A stretch of 34,017 nucleotides of DNA from Caldilineae bacterium (GTDB taxonomy: Bacteria; Chloroflexota; Anaerolineae; DTLA01). The stretch covers positions 1 to 34,017 of the forward strand of contig JBBIHX010000018.1 of NCBI GenBank assembly GCA_037446815.1. The letters are read 5' to 3'. Below are positions 19,306-28,736 of the stretch, piece after piece (within the stretch, counting starts at the first letter, position 1; every line of letters begins with the position of its first letter). The notes below the pieces were generated by a model, which was given only the letters and a program-made list of their open reading frames with translations, ran no database searches and was not told the origin of the DNA. Position numbers and translations under genes: made by a program.

Positions 19306-20955
19306 ATGGCGAAGCGAGTCATACACCCGCCTACGGGTACTCAACTGACGTGCAAGAACTGGCTGATAGAGGCCGCGTATCGCATGATCCAGCACAATCT
19401 GGATCCCGACGTGGCCTTTGACCCCGACAACCTCATCGTGTACGGGGGGAGCGGCAAGGCGGCCCGCAACTGGGAATGCTTTGACGCCATCCTGGAAAGC
19501 CTGCGCAACCTGGAGCCAGACGAGACGCTCCTTGTCCAGAGCGGCAAGCCGGTTGCGGTCTTCAAGACCCACACCGATGCTCCCCGCGTGCTCATCGCCA
19601 ACTCCAACCTGGTGCCCGCCTGGGCGAAGCAGGACTATTTTGACGAGTTGGAGCGCAAGGGCCTCATCATGTACGGGCAGATGACGGCTGGGAGTTGGAT
19701 TTACATCGGGACGCAGGGCATCCTGCAGGGGACCTATGAGACGATGGCGGCATGCGCCAAGGCGCAGGGCTGGCCCAGCCTGAAGGGGAAGTTCGTCCTC
19801 ACCGCGGGCCTGGGCGAGATGGGCGGCGCGCAACCGCTGGCCGTTACCATGAACGAGGGCGTCGCGCTGGTGGTGGAGATTGACCGCTGGCGCGCCGAGC
19901 GGCGACTCCGCACCGGCTACCTGGACCGCATCGCCGAGAACGTGGAGGAGGCGATGACATGGGTGGAGGAGGCCGTCGCCGCCGAGCAGCCGCTGTCGGT
20001 CGGGCTTATCGGCAATGCCGCCGAGATTCTGCCGGAACTGGTGCAGCGCGGCGTGGTGCCCGATGTGGTAACGGACCAGACCAGCGCCCACGACCCGCTG
20101 CGCTACTTCCCGCGCGGTATGACCTTTGAGGAGGCCAAGGCGCTCCGCGAGCGCGATCCGGAAGAGTTCAAGCGCCGCGCCATGGAGTCCATGGCTGCCC
20201 ACGTGCAGGCCATGCTGGACTTCCAGGCCAAGGGGAGCGTGGTATTTGACTACGGCAACAACATCCGCCAGCGCGCCTATGACATGGGCGTGAAGAACGC
20301 CTTTGACTTCCAGGGGTTCGTGCCGCTGTACATCCGCCCGTTGTTCTGCGAGGGCAAGGGGCCTTTCCGCTGGGTGGCGCTGTCGGGCGACCCGCAGGAC
20401 ATCTACGTAACCGACCAGGTCATCATGGACCTGTTCCCGCACGATGAGCACCTGGTGCGGTGGATCAAGATGGCGCAGAAGAAGGTCAAGTTCCAGGGGT
20501 TGCCGTCGCGCATCTGCTGGCTTGGGTACGGCGAGCGGGCGAAGGCGGGACTGGCCTTCAATGACCTGGTGGCGAGCGGGCGGGTGAAGGCACCCATCGT
20601 CATCGGGCGCGACCACCTGGACGCGGGATCGGTGGCATCGCCGCGCCGCGAGACGGAGGGGATGAAGGACGGCTCGGATGCCATCTCGGACTGGGCGATC
20701 CTGAACGCGCTCATCAATGCCGTGAACGGCGCGACATGGGTGAGTTTCCATCACGGCGGGGGCGTGGGCATCGGCTACAGCCAGCACGCGGGCATGGTCA
20801 TTGTGGCCGACGGCACGCCCGAGGCGGCCCGCAGGCTGGAGCGCGTCCTCACCACCGATCCAGGGATGGGTGTGGTGCGCCATGCGGACGCGGGCTACGA
20901 GCGCGCGATTCAGGTGGCCAAAGAGCGCGGCGTCAAGATTCCCATGCTGAAGTAA
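19306..20955 (+). CDS. hutU: Urocanate hydratase
   Basis: [79 protein letters not shown]. Confidence 0.96.
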   Translation: MAKRVIHPPTGTQLTCKNWLIEAAYRMIQHNLDPDVAFDPDNLIVYGGSGKAARNWECFDAILESLRNLEPDETLLVQSGKPVAVFKTHTDAPRVLIANSNLVPAWAKQDYFDELERKGLIMYGQMTAGSWIYIGTQGILQGTYETMAACAKAQGWPSLKGKFVLTAGLGEMGGAQPLAVTMNEGVALVVEIDRWRAERRLRTGYLDRIAENVEEAMTWVEEAVAAEQPLSVGLIGNAAEILPELVQRGVVPDVVTDQTSAHDPLRYFPRGMTFEEAKALRERDPEEFKRRAMESMAAHVQAMLDFQAKGSVVFDYGNNIRQRAYDMGVKNAFDFQGFVPLYIRPLFCEGKGPFRWVALSGDPQDIYVTDQVIMDLFPHDEHLVRWIKMAQKKVKFQGLPSRICWLGYGERAKAGLAFNDLVASGRVKAPIVIGRDHLDAGSVASPRRETEGMKDGSDAISDWAILNALINAVNGATWVSFHHGGGVGIGYSQHAGMVIVADGTPEAARRLERVLTTDPGMGVVRHADAGYERAIQVAKERGVKIPMLK

Positions 20956-20978
20956 ACATAACTGCGGAGCAAGGGCCT

Positions 20979-22556
20979 GTGGGTTCTCGGTTGGTCATTG
21001 ATGGGAATAGCCTCACTCTGGAGGATGTGGTTGCCGTTGCCTACGCGCCGTCAAAGGGCGAGCACGTAGAGGTTGTCCTGTCCGAGGAGAGTAGCCGTCG
21101 GGTGCGGCGCGCGGAGAAGGCGGTTCAGGAATTCATCGCGCGCGGTGAGGTGGTGTACGGCGTTACGACGGGGTTCGGGGCGTTCAAGGGGCGCATCATC
21201 CCGCCTGACCAGGTGCGCCAACTCCAGCGCAACATCATCATGAGCCACGCGGTCGGGGTGGGCGAGCCGCTGGACGAGCCGACGGTCCGCGCGATGATGT
21301 TGATTCGGGCGAACGCCCTCGCCAAGGGGCATTCGGGCATCCGCCTGGAGACATTGCAACTGCTGCTGGACATGCTGAACCGCGGCGTGCATCCGGTGGT
21401 GCCGTCGCAGGGGTCTTTGGGGGCCAGCGGGGATTTGGCACCCCTGGCGCACATGGCGCTGCCCATCATCGGCCTGGGCGAGGCGGTGTACCGTGGCGAG
21501 CGCCTGCCTGGGGCCGAGGCTCTGGCGCGGGCCGGCCTGCGGCCCACAACGCTGGAGGCGAAGGAGGGGCTTGCGCTGACCAACGGCACGGCGCTGATGG
21601 CGGCCATCGGCGCGCTGACCACGTGGCAGGCGGAGAATCTGTCGCGCGTGGCCGACATCGCAGGCTGCTTGACGCTGGAGGCGACCTACGGGACGCCGCG
21701 GGCGTTTGACGCGCGAATCCACGCGGCGCGGCCACATCCCCGACAGGTGGAATGCGCTGCCTACCTGCGCACGCTCGTTGAGGGCAGCACCTTCACCCGT
21801 CCGGACGACCCGCTCAACGTGCAGGATGCCTACACGCTGCGGTGCATCCCGCAGGTGCATGGCGCGGTGCGCGACGCCATCGCCTACGCGCGGTGGGTGC
21901 TGAGCATTGAACTCAACTCGGCGACGGACAACCCGCTCATCTTTATTGACGAGGAGACGGGCGAGGCGACGGTGCTGTCGGGGGGGAACTTCCACGGCGA
22001 GCCGTTGGCCATCGCCATGGACTACTTGAGCCTGGCGCTGACCGAACTGGGCAATATCTCCGAGCGGCGACTGGCCCGCCTCACCGACGAGTCCAGCAAC
22101 GCGGAGACGCTGCCCGCGTTTCTGACGCGCGAGGGCGGCCTGAACTCGGGCTTCATGCTGACGCAGTACACGGCGGCGGCGCTGGCGTCGGAAAACAAGG
22201 TGCTGGCCCACCCCGCCAGCGCCGATACCATCCCGACCTCGGCGAACATAGAGGATCACGTGAGCATGGGGCCGACGGCGGCCCGCCACGCGCGCAGGAT
22301 TGCGGCCAACGTGGAGCGAATCCTGGCGCTGGAACTCATGGCGGCGGCCCAGGGGATTGACTTCCGCCGCGATGTCCTCGGCCCGTCGGCGCGGCTGGGC
22401 AAGGGCACGCGGGCCGCGTATGCGCTGATTCGCCAGCATGTCCCGTTCCTGGAGCGGGATGATGTGATGTATCCCCACATTGAGGCGGTTACCGCGCTGG
22501 TATCAAGCGGCGCGCTGGCAAGGGTTGTGGAGGAGGCCCTGGAGGGCAGGGGCTAG
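20979..22556 (+). CDS. hutH: Histidine ammonia-lyase (MIO enzyme)
   Basis: VYGVTTGFG, SH selectivity pair (IMSHAVG), SLGASGDLAPL MIO triad, KEGLALTNGT, QDAYTLRCIPQVHGA, GGNFHG, EDHVSMG; start placed at GTG 20979. Confidence 0.92.
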   Translation: MGSRLVIDGNSLTLEDVVAVAYAPSKGEHVEVVLSEESSRRVRRAEKAVQEFIARGEVVYGVTTGFGAFKGRIIPPDQVRQLQRNIIMSHAVGVGEPLDEPTVRAMMLIRANALAKGHSGIRLETLQLLLDMLNRGVHPVVPSQGSLGASGDLAPLAHMALPIIGLGEAVYRGERLPGAEALARAGLRPTTLEAKEGLALTNGTALMAAIGALTTWQAENLSRVADIAGCLTLEATYGTPRAFDARIHAARPHPRQVECAAYLRTLVEGSTFTRPDDPLNVQDAYTLRCIPQVHGAVRDAIAYARWVLSIELNSATDNPLIFIDEETGEATVLSGGNFHGEPLAIAMDYLSLALTELGNISERRLARLTDESSNAETLPAFLTREGGLNSGFMLTQYTAAALASENKVLAHPASADTIPTSANIEDHVSMGPTAARHARRIAANVERILALELMAAAQGIDFRRDVLGPSARLGKGTRAAYALIRQHVPFLERDDVMYPHIEAVTALVSSGALARVVEEALEGRG

Positions 22557-22574
22557 CCCTGCGGAAGGAGGCGT

Positions 22575-23228
22575 ATGCTTGTCAAAGACTACATGACCCG
22601 ACACCCGTTCTTGGCCGAGCCGTCCATGTCCATCGTGGAGGCCCAGCGCCTGATGGGCGAGAATAACATCCGCCATCTCCCCGTGGTGGGCGAAGGGAAG
22701 CGGCTTCTGGGGCTGGTAACGCGGAGTTCGCTCCTGGTGGATCCGGGCCGACTCAGCAGCCTGGACATGTGGGAGATTGCGCGCTACCTGTCGGGGCTCA
22801 CCGTGAAGGATGTGATGATCAAGGCGCGGGACGTGATCACGATTCACCCGGACGCGACGATAGAGGAGGCGGCCCGGGTTATGGTGGAGCGCAAGGTCGG
22901 CTGCCTGCCCGTGGTGGACGGCGAGTTCGTGGTGGGGATCCTCACCGATGCCGACATGATGGGGCACCTGATGCAGATGATGGCGGCGAGCATCCCGGCC
23001 GTGCGGGTTACGGTGCGCATGCCGGACGTGCGCGGGGAACTGGCGAAACTGGTGGGCGCCATCGCCGCGCAGGGGTGGGGCATCCTGGCGCTGGGCGGCG
23101 CGCCTGCCCCACGCGAGCCGGGGAAGTGGGACGCCGTGGTCAAGATTCGGTACGTTACGAAGGAGCAGGTGGCGAATGCGCTCTCCCAGGTGGAGGGACA
23201 GCAAATCGTTGACCTGCGCGAGGTGTAG
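22575..23228 (+). CDS. CBS-pair plus ACT-domain protein (AcuB-like)
   Basis: VKDYMT...IRHLPVV, VKDVM...VGCLPVVD...VGILT, then an ACT-like C-terminus DVRGELAKLVGAI; AAGGAGG RBS. Confidence 0.85.
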   Translation: MLVKDYMTRHPFLAEPSMSIVEAQRLMGENNIRHLPVVGEGKRLLGLVTRSSLLVDPGRLSSLDMWEIARYLSGLTVKDVMIKARDVITIHPDATIEEAARVMVERKVGCLPVVDGEFVVGILTDADMMGHLMQMMAASIPAVRVTVRMPDVRGELAKLVGAIAAQGWGILALGGAPAPREPGKWDAVVKIRYVTKEQVANALSQVEGQQIVDLREV

Positions 23229-23247
23229 GCCCGACGTTGAGGTGCGA

Positions 23248-23347
23248 NNNNNNNNNNNNNNNNNNNNNNNNNNNNNNNNNNNNNNNNNNNNNNNNNNNNN
23301 NNNNNNNNNNNNNNNNNNNNNNNNNNNNNNNNNNNNNNNNNNNNNNN
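23248..23347. other. Scaffold gap of 100 N
   Basis: Run of N flanked on both sides by TTGAGGTGCGA. Confidence 0.99.
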
Positions 23348-23359
23348 TTGAGGTGCGAA

Positions 23360-24388
23360 TTGAGCGAATCCAACACGGCGCTCGTGGAAGAATTCATCGG
23401 CGTTTTTGACGTGTGGGAACCGGCGCGCCCGTATCTCTCCATGATGGTGGATGAGGCGGAGATGGCCCTGGTGCTGGCCATGCGAGGAGAGACGCTGCCG
23501 CCGGCCGAGGTTGCCCGCCGCCTGGACATGCCCGAGAATGCGGCGCAGGCGCTACTGGAGCGCGCGTACCGGCGGGGCGTCATCAACAAATCGGCGGAGG
23601 GCGAGGCCGCGCTCTACTCGGCGGCGGATTTCTACACGCGCCTGGACGTGTTCGCCAAGTTTGAGAACTGGGACGACATCCCGCCCGAGGATCGCAAGGC
23701 CATCAATCGGCGATACCTGGACGAGTTCATCCGGCGCGTGCGGCCCAAGGTGGAGCAGTTGATGGCGGGCGCGCCAGCGGTGGAAGGCTTGCACAACAAC
23801 GATGTGCTCCTCCTGCACGAGGTGGAGGAGATGCTGGACGCGGCCACGGACATCGTGGTTCAGCCGTGCGACTGTCGCCGCCTGGGCCAGAACTGCACTC
23901 GCCCGGTGGAGACGTGCATTTGGCTGGACAAGTCGGCGCGCGACGCGCTAGACCGCGGCCACGGGCGGCGCCTGACGCGCGAGGAGGCGAAGGCCCTGGT
24001 GCGCCACGCGGATCGCAAGGGGCTGATGCACACAGGCGACAGCAAGTGGCGGACGAACGGACTGTCGCCCATCTGCAACTGCTGCGCCTGCGACTGCTAT
24101 CCCTTCAACGCGGCCCGCGAAATCGGGAGCAAGGGCGTATGGCCGCGAAGCCGATATGTGGCCGTCCACGACCGCGCCGCGTGCTCCTTCTGCGGGCTGT
24201 GCGTCCGGCGCTGCCATTTTGGCGCTTTCTATCACGACGGCGGCGAGGTAACTGTGGCCGGCAAGACGCTGCGCAACGTTGAGTTTGACCCCGCGAAGTG
24301 CTGGGGCTGCGGGCTGTGCGCCAACTCGTGCCCGACCGGGGCTATCGCCATGCGCCCGCTATCCCCCATCCCCGACAGGACGCCGTGA
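23360..24388 (+). CDS. Fe-S protein: N-terminal wHTH-like region, CxC/CNCCxCxC cluster and 2x[4Fe-4S] ferredoxin domain
   Basis: PCDCRR...C..P.ETC, ICNCCACDC, CSFCGLCVRRC, CWGCGLCANSCP; TTG start at 23360 after GAGGTG (uncertain because of the adjacent gap). Confidence 0.8.
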   Translation: MSESNTALVEEFIGVFDVWEPARPYLSMMVDEAEMALVLAMRGETLPPAEVARRLDMPENAAQALLERAYRRGVINKSAEGEAALYSAADFYTRLDVFAKFENWDDIPPEDRKAINRRYLDEFIRRVRPKVEQLMAGAPAVEGLHNNDVLLLHEVEEMLDAATDIVVQPCDCRRLGQNCTRPVETCIWLDKSARDALDRGHGRRLTREEAKALVRHADRKGLMHTGDSKWRTNGLSPICNCCACDCYPFNAAREIGSKGVWPRSRYVAVHDRAACSFCGLCVRRCHFGAFYHDGGEVTVAGKTLRNVEFDPAKCWGCGLCANSCPTGAIAMRPLSPIPDRTP

Positions 24389-24396
24389 GAGGGACA

Positions 24397-25803
24397 ATGC
24401 CCGCGATTGTGCATCTGCTCGCCGTGCCCGCGGTGGGCGGCTACTACTGCGAAGACCTGGCTGCGCTCCAGTCCAATCCCATGCCTGTGGCGGAGCGCTA
24501 CACGACGCCTGGCGTTACGCCGGGTTTCCGCCGCGTGCGCGAGGTGGCCGAGGCGGTGTCGGTGGGGCTGGTGCTGGACGACGGGCGCGTGGCCTGGGGC
24601 GATTGCGTCGCGGTGGCGTACAGCGGCAAGGCGGGGCGGTATCCCGTGTTCCGCGCCGAGGATGGCATGGCAACGCTGCGCGAGGTTGTTGCGCCCGCGC
24701 TGGAGGGCCGGCCGCTGACGGGGTTCCGTCCGCTGGCTGACGCCGTGGAGGGCCTGGGGGAGTCGGTCCTTGAGGAGCGGCCTGTGGAATTGCCCGAAGG
24801 GCAGCGGAGCGGGCTGTCCCGCCGCGACCTGCTGACGGGCCGGTTTGCGCGGGCGGGGGACGCCCCGGCCATCCGCACGGAGAGGGTTGCCGTAACGCGG
24901 CCGCTGCATACGGCGGTGCGCTACGGGGTGAGCCAGGCGCTGCTGGGGGCGGTGGCGCTGGCGCGGGGCCTGACGATGGCCGAGGTCATCGCCGACGAGT
25001 GGGGATTGCCCGCGCCCGCCGAGCCGGTGCCGATCCATGCCCAGTCGGGCGGCGAGCGGTACGCCAACGTGGACAAGATGATCGCACGGCGGGTGGCGTC
25101 GCTTCCCCACGCGCTGGTGGACAACATCCCCGAGCAGTTGGGCAGCGACGGCTCCAAACTGGTGCAGTATGCCCGCTGGGTGAGGGAGCGCATCCAGACG
25201 CTGGCGGGCTCGGACTATCAGCCCATGATACACCTGGACGTGCACGGGGCGCTAGGGCATATCTTTGACAACAACCTGGGCAAGGTGCTGGGCGTCCTGT
25301 ATGCGCTGGAGTCGGCAGCGCGGCCCTATCCCCTGCGGGTGGAATGCCCGGTGATGCTCCAAAGCCGCGAGGCGCAGATAGAGGCCATGCGCACGCTGCG
25401 GGAGTACATCCGAGCGCGCGGGATGCGCGTGCAGTTGGTGGCCGACGAGTGGGCCAACACGCTGGACGACATCCGCGCCTTCGTGGACGCGGGGGCGGCG
25501 GACGTGGTGCAAATCAAGATGCCCGACCTGGGCAGCGTTCACAACGCGGTGGATGCCGTCCTCGCGTGCAGGCGGGGCGGCGTGGGAGCGTTTCTCGGCG
25601 GGAGTTGCGCCGAGACCGACCTGTCGGCCCGCGTGAGCGTCCACGTCGCGCTCGCCGCCCGGCCGGATATGGTGATGGCAAAGCCAGGCATGGGCGTGGA
25701 CGAAGCCGTCATGCTTGTGCAGAACGAGATGGGGCGCGCGCTGGCCGAGATGGGCTTGCGCCGCGGCACCAACCGAATCCATGAGGAGACAAAGGAGTCA
25801 TGA
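24397..25803 (+). CDS. mal: Methylaspartate ammonia-lyase homologue (enolase superfamily) with altered substrate pockets
   Basis: GDC..V.YSG, LHTAVRYG, AQSG..RY.NVDKMI, LPHAL, HLDV.G, VADEW.NT, QIK.PDLG, AKPGMGVDE; GAGGGA RBS before ATG 24397. Confidence 0.88.
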   Translation: MPAIVHLLAVPAVGGYYCEDLAALQSNPMPVAERYTTPGVTPGFRRVREVAEAVSVGLVLDDGRVAWGDCVAVAYSGKAGRYPVFRAEDGMATLREVVAPALEGRPLTGFRPLADAVEGLGESVLEERPVELPEGQRSGLSRRDLLTGRFARAGDAPAIRTERVAVTRPLHTAVRYGVSQALLGAVALARGLTMAEVIADEWGLPAPAEPVPIHAQSGGERYANVDKMIARRVASLPHALVDNIPEQLGSDGSKLVQYARWVRERIQTLAGSDYQPMIHLDVHGALGHIFDNNLGKVLGVLYALESAARPYPLRVECPVMLQSREAQIEAMRTLREYIRARGMRVQLVADEWANTLDDIRAFVDAGAADVVQIKMPDLGSVHNAVDAVLACRRGGVGAFLGGSCAETDLSARVSVHVALAARPDMVMAKPGMGVDEAVMLVQNEMGRALAEMGLRRGTNRIHEETKES

Positions 25804-27239
25804 GATCCGCAAATCGCATCGCATTCACATCGCCGCAGTTCGCAGTTCTCTCGGAGCAGCAAAAGCAGGATCTGCACCTGGCCGCGCTGGAGGTGTTGCG
25901 CCGCACGGGCGTGCGGTTCCACCATCGGGGCGCGCTGGAGATGCTGAAGAAGGCCGGGGCCTTCGTGTCCGACGGCAATCTGGTGAAGTTTCCGGCGCGG
26001 CTCATCACCGAGGCGCTGTCGTCGCCGCCGAGCCGCGTCGTCATGTGCGACCGGGATGGCGCGCCGGCCATGTTGCTGGAGGGGACCCGGACGTACTTCG
26101 GGACTGGGTCGGATTGCCTGAACCTTCTGGACCCGGAGACGGGGGCCCATCGCCCGTTCACCCAGGCCGACATCGTGAACGGCTACCATCTGTGCGAGGC
26201 GCTGCCCAACATCCACTTCGTGATGTCCATCGGAATCCCGTCGGATGTGGCGCCGGCCCTGACCTACGACGTGCAGATGGCGCTGATGCTGGAGCACACG
26301 ACCAAGCCCATTGTCTTCGTTACCAACGACGGGGCCAGTTGTCGGCGGGCGATTGACATGGCGGCAGCGGTGGCAGGCGGGCACGAGGCCTTGCGCGAAC
26401 AGCAGCATATTCTGCTGTACTCGGAGCCTTCGTCGCCGCTCCAGCAGTCGGAGACGGCGGTGGACAAGTTGCTCCTTATGGCCGAGCACGAACTCCCCGT
26501 AGTGCACTCGCCTGGGCCACAGATGGGCGCGACGGCTCCCATCACGATGGCGGGCGGGCTGGTGATGTCGCTGGCGGAAATCCTGAGCGGCCTGGTTGTG
26601 CACCAGTTGCACAGGCCGGGCGCGCCATTTGTCTTTGGCGCGGGCCTGCACCACATGGACATGGGCGCGATGCAGATTTGCTACGCTTCGCCCGAGTTCC
26701 AGTTGACCAAGGCAGCGGTGGCCGAGATGGGGCGCTGGTACGGGCTGCCCACGTGGGGATACGCGGGCTGCTCCGACGCGAAGGTGATGGACGAGCAGGC
26801 GGCGCTGGAGGCCATGCTGTCGGTCCTCATGGCGAAACTCAGCGGGGCGAACCTGATTCACGACGTGGGCTACATGGAAAGCGGCCTTACCACATCGTTT
26901 GAGATGATCGTGCTGACCGACGAACTCGTCGCGATGGCGGATCACGTGATGAAGGGCATTGAGGTCAGCGAGTCCACGCTCATGGTGGATGAACTGGATG
27001 CGGTGGGGCCAGGCGGCAACTTCCTGGGGACGCGCACGACGCTCCAGCGGTTCCGCGAGTTCTGGTTCCCGAGCCTCTTGGATCGCAAGATGCGGCCGCA
27101 GTGGGTGGAGGCTGGGGCGACAACCCTGGGGCAGCGACTCACGGCAAAGGTGCGGGACATCTTGCGGAATCATTCGCCGAAACCGCTGCCGCCGGAAATC
27201 AAGCGGCGCGTGTGGGACATCGTCTCCAGCGCCAACTAA
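25800..27239 (+). CDS. Non-pyrrolysine MttB-superfamily methyltransferase, paralogue 3
   Basis: LHLAALEVLRRTGV, GATAPITMAG, YGLPTWGYAGCSDAK, HDVGYMESG, VGPGGNFL; ATGA overlap with mal. Confidence 0.92.
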   Translation: MRSANRIAFTSPQFAVLSEQQKQDLHLAALEVLRRTGVRFHHRGALEMLKKAGAFVSDGNLVKFPARLITEALSSPPSRVVMCDRDGAPAMLLEGTRTYFGTGSDCLNLLDPETGAHRPFTQADIVNGYHLCEALPNIHFVMSIGIPSDVAPALTYDVQMALMLEHTTKPIVFVTNDGASCRRAIDMAAAVAGGHEALREQQHILLYSEPSSPLQQSETAVDKLLLMAEHELPVVHSPGPQMGATAPITMAGGLVMSLAEILSGLVVHQLHRPGAPFVFGAGLHHMDMGAMQICYASPEFQLTKAAVAEMGRWYGLPTWGYAGCSDAKVMDEQAALEAMLSVLMAKLSGANLIHDVGYMESGLTTSFEMIVLTDELVAMADHVMKGIEVSESTLMVDELDAVGPGGNFLGTRTTLQRFREFWFPSLLDRKMRPQWVEAGATTLGQRLTAKVRDILRNHSPKPLPPEIKRRVWDIVSSAN

Positions 27240-27272
27240 CGCAGACCGAATTCCATTGCGAAGAGGGTTCAA

Positions 27273-28730
27273 GTGGATACGAACTACAGCGCTCATCAGA
27301 CTCCGCAATTCCGCGTGCTGTCGGATGCGCAGGCGCGGGTCATCTACTACGGGGCCTTGGAGGTCCTGAACCGCACGGGCGTGAATGTGCACAACGCCGA
27401 GGCGCGGGACTTGCTGGCGAAGGCCGGCGCTCGCGTGGATGGCGTGCGGGTATGGATTCCGCCGCACATCGTGCAGGACGCCATCGCCGCGACGCCGCGC
27501 ACGTTCACCCTGTGGGGCAGGGATGGCAAGCCGCGCATCCAGGTGGCGCCGGACCGCGTTCACTTCGGCCCCGGGCTGACGAACACGTATTTCGTAGACC
27601 CGGAGACCGGCGAGCGGCGCAAGACGCGGCGCGGCGACCCGGCGCTCACCGCCAAGGTGTGCGATGCGCTGCCGAACATAGACTACGTCATGGGGCTGGG
27701 CCTCATCGGCGACGTGCCGCCCAACCTGGCCCCCGTGTACGAGTTCGCGGAGATGGTGGCCAACACCACGAAACCGGTGATGCCCTGGGCCTACAACCTG
27801 GACAACGCGCGCGACATCTACGAGATTGCGGTGGCGGTGGCAGGCAGCGAAGAGGCCCTGCGTCGTCGGCCGTTCCTGGCCTTCTTCGCCACGTTCCAGG
27901 CGCCGCTGATGGCGACGGATCACGATTTGGCCAACGTGCTGTGGATGGCCGAGCGGGGGATTCCGGTCATCTACCTGGGCGGGGGCGCGGCGGGCAGCAC
28001 GGCGCCGATTACCGGCGCGGGGCTCCTGGTGTCGTATCTGGCGGGGGCGCTGACCGGGCTTGTGGCGGTGCAACTGAAGGCGCGCGGCGCTCCCATTTGT
28101 ATCGGGGGCGTCCCCGAGCCGACGGACCTTCGCACGGCCCGCCCGGCCTACGGCGGCCCGGAAATGAGCCTGTACAGCGCGGCCATGTCAGATTTGGCGC
28201 GGTACCTGGGCGTGCCGTTCATGGGGACGGCCGGGGCGTCCGAGGCCAAGGTGCTGGACCTGCAGGCGGCGATTGAGTGCACGGTTCAGGTGCTGATGTC
28301 CGGCCTGAGCGGGGCGAGCCTGGTGCACGATGTGGGCTTCCTGGATTGCGCCGACATCGGCTCGCTGGAGTCGGTTGTCATGAACGATGAGATCATCGCC
28401 ATGGCGCGCCGAATCCTGCGCGGGGTTGAGGTCAGCGACGCGAGCATGATGCTGGACCTGATTGACAAGGTTGGCCCCGGCGGCGAGTTCATGTCCACCA
28501 AAGAGACGGCCAAACTGTGCCGCTCCGAAATCTGGACGCCCACGCTGTTTGACCGCGAGCCGTGGGTCAATTGGGAGATGAACGGCGCGCTGACCACGCT
28601 GGACCGCATTCGCCGGAAACTGCGCGACATCCTCGCGAATCACCGCGTGCCGCCGCTGCCCGCCGAGACCGAGGCGCGCATCCGCGCCATCTTGGAGGCC
28701 GCCGAGGCACGCGAGCGACGCAACGGGTAG
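27273..28730 (+). CDS. Non-pyrrolysine MttB-superfamily methyltransferase, paralogue 4
   Basis: ALEVLNRTGV, GSTAPITGAG, LGVPFMGTAGASEAK, HDVGFLD, VGPGGEF; GTG start. Confidence 0.92.
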   Translation: MDTNYSAHQTPQFRVLSDAQARVIYYGALEVLNRTGVNVHNAEARDLLAKAGARVDGVRVWIPPHIVQDAIAATPRTFTLWGRDGKPRIQVAPDRVHFGPGLTNTYFVDPETGERRKTRRGDPALTAKVCDALPNIDYVMGLGLIGDVPPNLAPVYEFAEMVANTTKPVMPWAYNLDNARDIYEIAVAVAGSEEALRRRPFLAFFATFQAPLMATDHDLANVLWMAERGIPVIYLGGGAAGSTAPITGAGLLVSYLAGALTGLVAVQLKARGAPICIGGVPEPTDLRTARPAYGGPEMSLYSAAMSDLARYLGVPFMGTAGASEAKVLDLQAAIECTVQVLMSGLSGASLVHDVGFLDCADIGSLESVVMNDEIIAMARRILRGVEVSDASMMLDLIDKVGPGGEFMSTKETAKLCRSEIWTPTLFDREPWVNWEMNGALTTLDRIRRKLRDILANHRVPPLPAETEARIRAILEAAEARERRNG

Positions 28731-28736
28731 ACGGCT

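Noticed and set aside
20736..20978. N-terminal extension of hutH (606-aa call)
   Set aside because: It overlaps the end of hutU; HAL-like sequence begins near GTG 20979.
20979..22556. Ergothioneine trimethylammonia-lyase (ergothionase) supplying TMA to the MttBs
   Set aside because: The MIO-forming ASG triad and the HAL-type SH pair are intact, whereas ergothionase is recalled as MIO-independent; the MttBs also lack pyrrolysine.
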